10,104 nucleotides of DNA, taken from Sulfurospirillum sp. (GTDB lineage: Bacteria; Campylobacterota; Campylobacteria; Campylobacterales; Sulfurospirillaceae). The position numbers and the translations under genes were made by a program. The notes under the pieces are model-generated. The model did no database searches, had not been told where the DNA came from, and saw nothing but the letters and a program-made list of their open reading frames with translations. The DNA is taken from the NCBI GenBank assembly GCA_045047115.1, contig JASFYR010000035.1, positions 1-10,104 on the forward strand, given 5' to 3'. This document shows, piece after piece, positions 1-6,696 of this stretch (the first letter of the stretch is position 1; the number at the start of each line of letters is the position of its first letter).

Positions 1-99
1 TATTGTCCCCTTTTTACGGAAGTAAATTCCGAAAAAATTCCTCGCGACTGAAGCACGAGCTGAAGCTCTGTAAATATTCATTTTATTGTCCCCTTTTTA
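1..99. repeat. 16-bp direct repeat (TATTGTCCCCTTTTTA at 1-16 and 84-99) flanking a palindrome-rich 67-bp spacer; REP/MITE-like insertion or local duplication
   Basis: Identical 16-mers 83 bp apart, read directly. The spacer holds inverted repeats CGGAA-gtaaa-TTCCG (17-31), CTCG...CGAG (41-59) and GAGC-tgaa-GCTC (57-68). The left copy is cut by the window edge and may be longer. Confidence 0.7.
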
Positions 100-1060
100 G
101 GATTTGGGCTACCTCTTTGGCATGATAACTTATGATGATATCCGCTCCTGCTCTTTTAAAGCCTATCATTGTTTCCATCATCACTCGCTCATAGTCTATC
201 AAACCGGCATCTCCCGCATTCTTAAGCATAGAGTATTCGCCACTTACATTATATACTGCCAGTGGAGTAGTTGTGGCATTTCTTACATCTCTTATGATAT
301 CCATATATGCAAGTGCTGGTTTTACCATCAATATATCAGCTCCCTCCATCTCATCTTCAACAGACTCTGCTATCGCTTCTCTTCTGTTTGCCGGATTCAT
401 TTGGTAACTTCTTCTGTCTCCAAAACTCGGAGCAGACTCGGCAACATCACGAAAAGGACCATAGTATGCACTTGCAAACTTGGTAGAGTAACTCATAATC
501 GGCAGATTTATAAAACCCTCGCTATCAAGTGCATCTCTGATAGCTGTTATCATCCCGTCCATCATGCCACTTGGTGCTATCATATCAACCCCGGCTTTTG
601 CATGTACAAGTGCCTGTTTGCCCAAAATCTCTAAAGTTGCATCATTATCAACCGTCTCATGTTCTATGTCAAGTATCCCACAATGCCCATGGTCTGTGAA
701 CTCACAAAAACAGAGATCACTTACAACAAACATATCCGGGTACTTCTCTTTTATGGCTCTTATAGCATTGGCAATGATACCGTGATCGCAGAGCGCATCA
801 CTGCCTATACTATCTTTGACATCGGGAATTCCAAAAAGTATGATAGAGTTTAATCCCAGATTTTTGAGGACTTTACACTCTTTTAGTATCTCATCTATAC
901 TCATCTGAAAAACACCAGGCATTGAGCCTATCTCTTTTTTAAGACCAACACCATTTTTAACAAACAAAGGATATATAAAATCATCTCTACTCAACTTTGT
1001 CTCTTGAACCAAATCTCTTAAGTTTTTGTTGATTCTCAGTCTTCTAAATCTTTTAAACAT
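83..1060 (-). CDS. hemB: Delta-aminolevulinic acid dehydratase (porphobilinogen synthase), Zn-type
   Basis: 325 aa. N-terminal RFRRLR, Zn-ligand motif [37 protein letters not shown], catalytic-Lys motif DILMVKP, YNVSGEY. RBS-like AAGGA upstream on the minus strand. Confidence 0.98.
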   Translation of the reverse strand: MFKRFRRLRINKNLRDLVQETKLSRDDFIYPLFVKNGVGLKKEIGSMPGVFQMSIDEILKECKVLKNLGLNSIILFGIPDVKDSIGSDALCDHGIIANAIRAIKEKYPDMFVVSDLCFCEFTDHGHCGILDIEHETVDNDATLEILGKQALVHAKAGVDMIAPSGMMDGMITAIRDALDSEGFINLPIMSYSTKFASAYYGPFRDVAESAPSFGDRRSYQMNPANRREAIAESVEDEMEGADILMVKPALAYMDIIRDVRNATTTPLAVYNVSGEYSMLKNAGDAGLIDYERVMMETMIGFKRAGADIIISYHAKEVAQILKRGQ

Positions 1061-1201
1061 TCTTTTTCCTTATGTTTGCTAAAATAGCATTTTTATTACA
1101 AATACCTGCCTAAACTTTAATATAAAGCGGTGATTAAAGCAGATATTTTAGCATAATATATTTAATAAAAAAGTAAATATACATATTTCAGAGGCGATAA
1201 A
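1061..1201. promoter_or_regulatory. Divergent promoter region between hemB and ribA
   Basis: 141-bp AT-rich gap between head-to-head starts. Plus-strand -10-like CATAAT at ~1152-1157 and GAGG before the ribA ATG. Exact promoter elements are inferred. Confidence 0.55.
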
Positions 1202-1765
1202 ATGAGAATAAATATATCAAACATAGCAAATCTTCCAACAAAATATGGAAATTTCAAGATACAATCATTTCGTGAAGGTGCAAAAGAGCATCTTGTGATA
1301 TTTAATGAGCCTCTTGGAATTACACCGACAGTGAGAATTCACAGTGAGTGCCTGACTGGAGATACGATAGGAAGTCTAAAGTGTGATTGCGGAGATCAGT
1401 TGCAATTTGCTCTGAAAACCATAGGCGAAAAAGGTGGAATGGTTATATATCTAAGACAGGAGGGAAGAGACATAGGACTTTTAAACAAAGTAAATGCCTA
1501 TGCACTTCAAGATGCCGGGTATAATACGGTTGAGGCGAACCATCAGCTTGGATTTGAGGCAGATGCCAGAAACTACGAGATAGTAAAAATTATCCTGCAC
1601 CACTTCAAAATCAAATCCATAAAGCTCTTGACAAACAATCCAAAAAAACTAAACAGCCTCAAAGGCATAGAGATAGTCCAAAGAATTCCTATCATCATAG
1701 AGCCAAATAAATACAATGAGGGGTATCTAAAAACCAAAAAAGAGGAGATGGGGCACCTTCTGTAG
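1202..1765 (+). CDS. ribA: GTP cyclohydrolase II (monofunctional)
   Basis: 187 aa. ANLPTKYG, VRIHSECLTGD, SLKCDCGDQL (Zn Cys), YLRQEGR.IGLLNK..AY.LQD, LLTNNPKK, YLKTKKEEMGHLL. Confidence 0.97.
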   Translation: MRINISNIANLPTKYGNFKIQSFREGAKEHLVIFNEPLGITPTVRIHSECLTGDTIGSLKCDCGDQLQFALKTIGEKGGMVIYLRQEGRDIGLLNKVNAYALQDAGYNTVEANHQLGFEADARNYEIVKIILHHFKIKSIKLLTNNPKKLNSLKGIEIVQRIPIIIEPNKYNEGYLKTKKEEMGHLL

Positions 1766-1767
1766 TA

Positions 1768-2376
1768 ATGTTTACCTGTGATAAAATCTTTACTGCAACT
1801 CTTGAAGAGAAAAAATCAAAATTTATAGCATTTCTAGCTCCTTATGCAGAATTTGGAACACTTTTTGATTCACTAAAAGCAAAGCATCCCAAAGCTCGTC
1901 ATCTAGTGACTGCTTTTCGCCATCTAAACGAGCATGAACAGATAGTCGAAGGCAGCAGTGACGACAATGAACCAAGAGGAACCGCCGGAAAACCGGCTCT
2001 ACATGTACTCCAAGGAAACGAGCTTATAAATATCTGCGTGATAATTGTGCGGTATTTTGGTGGTATAAAACTTGGGACAGGAGGGCTGGTTAGAGCCTAT
2101 AGTGATGCTGTAAATCTCACTCTAAAAAATGCTGAACTAATCAAATATGAAAAAGAAGGAATTTTCACATTTACCTGCAATTACAGTGATTTGAGCAAAG
2201 TAGAATACTCCTTGGAGCAAATCGGTATAGTTAAAATACGCAAAGATTTCCAAGCTCTGCATGTAGAGCTTGAAATCAAAGCAACTTCAGAACTTACCCA
2301 AAAGTTAAAAGACAAATTAGGTCGATCTATACAACCAATATCACACAATAATCTTGGTACTAAATCTATCGTTTGA
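1768..2376 (+). CDS. yigZ: YigZ/IMPACT (UPF0029) family protein
   Basis: 202 aa. EEKKSKFIA, HPKARH, SSDDNEPRGTAGKP, IIVRYFGGIKLGTGGLVRAY. Starts 2 nt after the ribA stop. Confidence 0.92.
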   Translation: MFTCDKIFTATLEEKKSKFIAFLAPYAEFGTLFDSLKAKHPKARHLVTAFRHLNEHEQIVEGSSDDNEPRGTAGKPALHVLQGNELINICVIIVRYFGGIKLGTGGLVRAYSDAVNLTLKNAELIKYEKEGIFTFTCNYSDLSKVEYSLEQIGIVKIRKDFQALHVELEIKATSELTQKLKDKLGRSIQPISHNNLGTKSIV

Positions 2377-2577
2377 GATCTCTTGCGTATTTACCCTATA
2401 ACTTTTAGAGATAAAATCCGCTATCAATGGCTCCGGTCTAAAACTGGAGATTATCTCCAACACTTCATCTTTGTTTAGTTTTTTAAATTTTGGATTTATC
2501 TCTATAAGGATATCTTTCATCCCTTTATAGTTGTTTAACAGTTCAGCTATAGTCATATCTAATGCAATCTCTTTCAT
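2341..2577 (-). pseudogene. Probable internally deleted DUF1858/DUF2249-type gene (78-aa in-frame fusion of the N- and C-terminal parts)
   Basis: Strong RBS (GAGGAG) before the ATG. The N-terminus (I.LDMTIAELLNNY..MKDILIEINPKFKKLN) resembles DUF1858 but lacks the following P.LR.T...A segment. It continues directly into EVLEIISSFRPEPLI...Y.V, which resembles the DUF2249 C-terminal half. Family calls are from motif recall. Confidence 0.6.
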
Positions 2578-2656
2578 ATCACTACTCCTCTAAAAAAGTA
2601 AAATATATACTATCTGACCTTAAATAAGAGTAAAATTATCTTATAAGCTTTTAAAT

Positions 2657-2665
2657 TGGTAAAAT
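2657..2665 (+). promoter_or_regulatory. Putative extended -10 (TGGTAAAAT) for the rsmG operon
   Basis: TGnTAAAAT 35 nt upstream of the rsmG ATG, matching the extended -10 type of Campylobacterota housekeeping promoters. The AT-rich context lowers specificity. Confidence 0.45.
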
Positions 2666-2700
2666 TTGATAAAATATATTAATTCAAAAAAGAGTAAAAT

Positions 2701-3267
2701 ATGCCGATACAAAAAACAGAAAATTTTTCTAAAAATTGTGAAGTTTTTACAGAACTGATTTTGAAATATAACAAATTTCACAACATAACAGGTGCAAGAA
2801 ATGCAAAACAGATACGTGAAAACATAGATGACAGTATCTTTCCTTTGGAATTCCTAGATACAAAACCTAAAAATGCTATAGATGTTGGAACAGGAGCGGG
2901 ATTTCCGGGATTTATCCTGGCTATGGCTCTACCCGATGTACACTGGACTCTTTTTGAGCCCATAAAAAAGAAGAGTTCTTTCTTGCATCTTGCAAAAAGT
3001 GTGATAGGTTTACAAAATATTGATATAATTTCGCAAAGAGTTGAAGAGGTCGTTGCTTTTGAGGTGGATTTGATATGTTCTCGTGCGGTCACAAAAACCG
3101 ACTTATTGATAGATATTTGCAAAAATTTTATAAACAAAGACACTCTCTTACTTTTTTATAAGGGCTCAAGCGTGGATAATGAGATAAAGAATATGAAAAA
3201 CTATCAAATTCACAAAAGAGGCAATCGAAACTATCTAATTTTAAAAAACAAGGATATAGAGATATGA
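2701..3267 (+). CDS. rsmG: 16S rRNA (guanine(527)-N7)-methyltransferase RsmG (GidB)
   Basis: 188 aa. N..HNITG, I.DS, SAM motif IDVGTGAGFPG..LA, LFEP..KK..FL, RVEE, DLICSRAV, LFYKG. Confidence 0.95.
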   Translation: MPIQKTENFSKNCEVFTELILKYNKFHNITGARNAKQIRENIDDSIFPLEFLDTKPKNAIDVGTGAGFPGFILAMALPDVHWTLFEPIKKKSSFLHLAKSVIGLQNIDIISQRVEEVVAFEVDLICSRAVTKTDLLIDICKNFINKDTLLLFYKGSSVDNEIKNMKNYQIHKRGNRNYLILKNKDIEI

Positions 3268-3491
3268 TATTTAAGTTATTGATTTTTGGGCTAGTTGTTT
3301 TTATAGTCTATACGCTATTTTTCAAAAGCAGCAGAGGGAAAGTGAGACAAGAAAAAAAGAGAGACAAGAAAAAAATAGATAGTGACACGATGGTAGAGTG
3401 TGCAAACTGTTCTGTTTTTGTCAGTGAAAGCGAAGCCATCATCAAAGATGGAAGATTTTACTGTTCAAAAGAGTGTGCAGGAGTGAAATGA
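3264..3491 (+). CDS. PP0621-family small membrane-anchored protein with a Cys-rich putative metal-binding C-terminus
   Basis: 75 aa. N-terminal TM helix, basic linker, MVECANCSVFV...EAI...G.FYCSKEC. ATGA overlap with the rsmG stop. Confidence 0.85.
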   Translation: MIFKLLIFGLVVFIVYTLFFKSSRGKVRQEKKRDKKKIDSDTMVECANCSVFVSESEAIIKDGRFYCSKECAGVK

Positions 3492-3862
3492 TGGAGATAT
3501 TTGGGCATGATTTTATAGAAAATAGTGACTTTTTTACTATAAATTCCATAGAAGACATCAAGAATACTGCTCCTAACTCTCTTATTTTGATGGAATTTGA
3601 TAAAGATATCATCAAGTATGCCAAAGAGCAAAATCTTCCCTTTGGTGTCAAAGCAACCTCCATCAAAGAGCTTGTCCTCTCTTGTGCTTCAAACGCAACT
3701 TATATTTTGGTCAACAAAGAGTTTTCAAAAACTGCACAAAAGATAGCAAACGAGTATATGTACGATGCAAAAATTCTCCTAATCTCAAAAAATGAAGACG
3801 ATATAGAATTTTGCGCTAAAAACGGTATAGACGGGATACTGTTTGAATCCAAACATCAATAA
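3488..3862 (+). CDS. Conserved hypothetical protein (124 aa)
   Basis: Start moved from 3473 to ATG 3488, which overlaps the upstream TGA (ATGA) and follows CAGGAG. The sequence M.IFGH.FI...A.YI.V....AQKIANEYMYDAKIL...GIDGI resembles a Campylobacterota protein found after rsmG/PP0621 (recall). Function unknown. Confidence 0.75.
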   Translation: MMEIFGHDFIENSDFFTINSIEDIKNTAPNSLILMEFDKDIIKYAKEQNLPFGVKATSIKELVLSCASNATYILVNKEFSKTAQKIANEYMYDAKILLISKNEDDIEFCAKNGIDGILFESKHQ

Positions 3863-4484
3863 CTTTTCCATCGCTGAAGAGATTTGGCATGCCATAACAC
3901 ACGGGATTGGTTTTTTTCTCGGAATCACAGGATTGGTTATACTGGTGATTAGTGCATCTAAACATTCAAATATTCTAGGCATCACTACCTCTACAATATA
4001 TGGTGCTACCTTGATTATCATGTATGGCTCATCTACGCTATACCATTCAATTACAAATATTCGTATAAAAAAACTTTTTCAGACTTTTGATCACGCCTCT
4101 ATATATATCTTGATAGCAGGCTCATATACTCCTATTTCACTTTTGACTTTAAGAGGAGCTTGGGGGTGGAGTATATTTGGTGTAAATTGGAGTATTGCCA
4201 TATTTGGTATAATTTTAAAATTTTTATATCCGGGTAGATTTGAAAAACTCTCTTTATACCTGTATGTTATTATGGGCTGGATGGTTCTCATAGCCTTCGA
4301 TCCACTTATACACAATATGCCAAACGGTGGTTTATGGCTACTTGTGATTGGAGGGCTATTTTACAGTTTCGGTGTTATATTCTATGTAAAAGATACCAAA
4401 CCATACTTTCACACAATCTGGCATTTTTTTGTTTTAGCCGGAAGTATTTGTCACTATTTTGCTGTTTTGTTTTATGTATTGTAA
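3843..4484 (+). CDS. Hemolysin III / PAQR family membrane protein (TrhA/YqfA-like)
   Basis: 213 aa, about 7 TM helices. EEIWHAITHGIG, SSTLYHS, DHASIYILIAGSYTP, Y..MGW, GGLFYSFG, HTIWHFFVLAGS..HY. TTG start overlapping the upstream gene. Confidence 0.93.
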   Translation: MNPNINNFSIAEEIWHAITHGIGFFLGITGLVILVISASKHSNILGITTSTIYGATLIIMYGSSTLYHSITNIRIKKLFQTFDHASIYILIAGSYTPISLLTLRGAWGWSIFGVNWSIAIFGIILKFLYPGRFEKLSLYLYVIMGWMVLIAFDPLIHNMPNGGLWLLVIGGLFYSFGVIFYVKDTKPYFHTIWHFFVLAGSICHYFAVLFYVL

Positions 4485-4523
4485 GCAATTTTATCCTGTA
4501 TCTAAACTCAAAAAAGGTCTTTA

Positions 4524-5408
4524 ATGCTTGATAAACACAAAAATCTACTCTATATACTGCTGTTTTTCGGCATGATTGGCTGGGGAGCATCGTGGGTCAA
4601 TGCAAAAGTTTTGAGCCATTATATCAATGCTTATGATATGATTTTTATGCGTTTTGGCATCACTGCAGTTACAATGATACCCATCATCTTGATACTCAAA
4701 AAATCTTTTAAAATAGATATCAAAAGCCTGGGCATTGCATTTTTTGCATCTATCACATTTATAGCTTATATGAAGTACTATTTTATGGGTACAAAATATG
4801 GCACTGCTTCACTTGGCGGTGCTTTTGTAACAACATTGGTACCCATCATCACTTTTTTACTTTTGGCGATAATGGGAGAAAAGAAGATGGAGAAAAAGGA
4901 CTATTTTGCCCTATTTCTAGGTGCTCTTGGGGTGCTTACCATGCTAAATATTTGGAACTCGACGCTTAAAGATATACTTGTAGTCCAAAATATATATTTT
5001 CTGTTTGCATCCTTTTTGTGGCCAGTTTTTACGATAATCAGCTCTAAATCAAAAAAAATCTCTCCTATCGTCTTTAGCTTCTATCTTTATATCATTACTA
5101 TCACACTGGATGCTCTTTTCTTTGTTGACTTTAAATCTGTAGCTTATGCGGATTTTGATATAAAATTTTGGATAAATATCCTTTTTCTCTCTTTGGTGAG
5201 CTCTACATTTTCAAACACAGTTTATTTTGTAGGTATTGAGAGACTAGGAGCCGGAAGCGTTAGCTCATTTATCTTCTTAGTGCCATTTTCTGCGATAGTT
5301 TTAAGTGCTATATTTTTACATGAACATATAGGGTTTTATATCCTCATAGGTACAGCACTTACACTCTATGCTGTCAAAATATTGAACAATATCCGCTTTT
5401 TTAGATAA
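4524..5408 (+). CDS. DMT superfamily (EamA) transporter
   Basis: 294 aa, about 10 hydrophobic helices in two repeats. WGASWVNAK, FMRF, GIERLGAGSVSSFIFLVPFSAIVLSAIFLHE. Confidence 0.9.
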   Translation: MLDKHKNLLYILLFFGMIGWGASWVNAKVLSHYINAYDMIFMRFGITAVTMIPIILILKKSFKIDIKSLGIAFFASITFIAYMKYYFMGTKYGTASLGGAFVTTLVPIITFLLLAIMGEKKMEKKDYFALFLGALGVLTMLNIWNSTLKDILVVQNIYFLFASFLWPVFTIISSKSKKISPIVFSFYLYIITITLDALFFVDFKSVAYADFDIKFWINILFLSLVSSTFSNTVYFVGIERLGAGSVSSFIFLVPFSAIVLSAIFLHEHIGFYILIGTALTLYAVKILNNIRFFR

Positions 5409-5500
5409 TTTAAAATGATAAAAAATATAAATTTTATTAAATTAATATTTATCTATCAAATAAATTAACTTATATAGACTAAACTACTATATATAGCAAG

Positions 5501-5530
5501 GTAGAAACTATCTTTCTACTCTTTTTGTTT
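5501..5530 (+). terminator. Putative intrinsic terminator downstream of the rsmG-EamA run
   Basis: GTAGAAA-ctatc-TTTCTAC 7-bp stem (5501-5519) followed by TCTTTTTGTTT. The stem is weak and AT-rich. Confidence 0.45.
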
Positions 5531-5591
5531 ATTTTTAGTTTATCTTCATTAAACCTTTTTTCATCTTTATTTACTTTTTCGGATATAAAAT
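5528..5591 (+). promoter_or_regulatory. Putative yfdX promoter: five phased heptamer boxes followed by -10 TAAAAT
   Basis: TTTATTT (5528), TTTATCT (5539), TAAACCT (5550), TTCATCT (5560), TTTACTT (5570), spaced 11/11/10/10 bp. TAAAAT at 5586-5591. Confidence 0.5.
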
Positions 5592-5665
5592 TTCACCAAA
5601 GCTTCTGGCCGATAGGCTTAGCTTTAGTAGAGCGTGAATTTATTAGGGGCTTTGCCCCTAATAAA
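5592..5665 (+). promoter_or_regulatory. Structured 5' leader of yfdX (candidate cis-regulatory RNA)
   Basis: AAAGCT (5598-5603)/AGCTTT (5620-5625) encloses GGCC-GATA-GGCT. Possible outer TTCAC/GTGAA pairing (5592-5596/5634-5638). Perfect 12-bp hairpin TTTATTAGGGGC-ttt-GCCCCTAATAAA (5639-5665). RBS AAGGAG at 5683-5688. Confidence 0.55.
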
Positions 5666-5693
5666 GATGACAGTTAAATAAAAAGGAGTTACA

Positions 5694-6677
5694 ATGAAAA
5701 AAGAATTAATCGTATCAGTTGCTTTAGCATCATTTGTGCTAGGCACACCGGCTTTGCAAGCTGCAAATGTTCCCTCAAGGGTAAGTAGTATCAAAAAAGA
5801 GGTCAATTTTCAAAATAAAAATTTTAAAACTGCCTCAAAGGATATCCAAAAAGGTCTGAACAATACTCTCAATGCTATAACAGCGTTACAGAAAAAAAAG
5901 ACAACAGTAGCAAAGAAGGATCTACAAGTTGCAACAAAGTATTTCGATAAAGCCTTAAAGGTTGATCCGAAACTCGGTCTTGTTCCTATTGAGGAGAGCG
6001 TAGTTGCCTATCAGTATAACGGCTCAGTAAAAAACATAAAAGATGCTTTAAAGATGGCAAAAAGTATGTTAAATAAAAACAATCTACAATTTGCCAGAGA
6101 TATTTTAGTGCCTCTAAAAGATGAAATTGATATAACAACACACTATATACCTATGGATGTCTATCCAAATGCTACAAAAATTGCAGCAAAACTATTGGCT
6201 AAAGGTAAAACAAAACAAGCTCTGCTTGAGTTAAAACTGGGGCTTAGCACCATAGTAGGCGATCAAGTTACTATGCCGGTACCTCTTTTGGTTTCACAAG
6301 ATTTAGTCACAATGGCTTCAAAAATCGATAAATCCAAAAAGAAAGAGGCTTCAAGCCTATTGATAAGAGCCAAAGCCGAACTGGATAAAGCTGTTCTTTT
6401 GGGATATGCTTCAAAACACTCAGTCGAGTATAATTCACTAAAAAATAAAATCTCAGCCATACAAAAAGAGATAAAAGGCGGAAACATAGTAGAAAGACTA
6501 TATAAAGATATCAAAAAAGATTTCAAATCTTTAGTTCATAAAGTAAGAGGAGAGAGAAAAAGTTTTGATCCAAATTCAGTATGGAACAGCACTAAGAAAG
6601 AACATAAAAATGCTGTTAGTGAAGAGGATAAAGATGTAGTAAACTTTGCCCAAAAATCAAAAGCTGATGCTTTTTGA
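5694..6677 (+). CDS. Secreted YfdX-family protein
   Basis: 327 aa. Sec signal peptide (MKK-hydrophobic-ALQA|A). Helical and Lys/Ala-rich. YfdX-like motifs DPKLGLVPI, AR..L..L.DEI.I....IP...YP.A...AA, L...LSTIV.....PVPLL. Strong RBS. Confidence 0.8.
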   Translation: MKKELIVSVALASFVLGTPALQAANVPSRVSSIKKEVNFQNKNFKTASKDIQKGLNNTLNAITALQKKKTTVAKKDLQVATKYFDKALKVDPKLGLVPIEESVVAYQYNGSVKNIKDALKMAKSMLNKNNLQFARDILVPLKDEIDITTHYIPMDVYPNATKIAAKLLAKGKTKQALLELKLGLSTIVGDQVTMPVPLLVSQDLVTMASKIDKSKKKEASSLLIRAKAELDKAVLLGYASKHSVEYNSLKNKISAIQKEIKGGNIVERLYKDIKKDFKSLVHKVRGERKSFDPNSVWNSTKKEHKNAVSEEDKDVVNFAQKSKADAF

Positions 6678-6696
6678 TAAATCCTTTAAAAAAAAT

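Noticed and set aside
104..853. Plus-strand ORFs 104-634, 564-785 and 659-853
   Set aside because: Antisense shadows of hemB with no recognisable motifs.
2596..2700. Five TAAAAT copies, including AAGAGTAAAAT twice (2626-2636, 2690-2700), and a weak FNR/Crp-like half site
   Set aside because: Irregular spacing in an extremely AT-rich gap, so expected by chance. Only the TG-extended copy was kept as a promoter candidate.
3473..3487. ORF-track start at 3473 for the hypothetical protein
   Set aside because: ATG 3488 has the RBS (CAGGAG) and an ATGA overlap with the upstream stop.
3843..4484. Interpreting the hemolysin III gene as a toxin or virulence locus
   Set aside because: PAQR/HlyIII proteins are widespread membrane homeostasis proteins, and no secretion or toxin genes are nearby.
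2778..4590. Alternative ORFs 2778-3143, 3442-3666, 3785-4021, 4091-4315, 4334-4531 and 4375-4590
   Set aside because: They overlap well-supported genes antisense or out of frame and have no protein-like motifs.
5592..5665. Assignment of the yfdX leader to a known riboswitch (FMN, TPP, c-di-GMP, SAM, fluoride) or tRNA
   Set aside because: I could not find the conserved core sequences of these classes or a cloverleaf.
5624..6526. Minus-strand ORFs 5624-5806 and 6263-6526
   Set aside because: Antisense to yfdX. Their hydrophobic look comes from the complement of Lys-rich codons.
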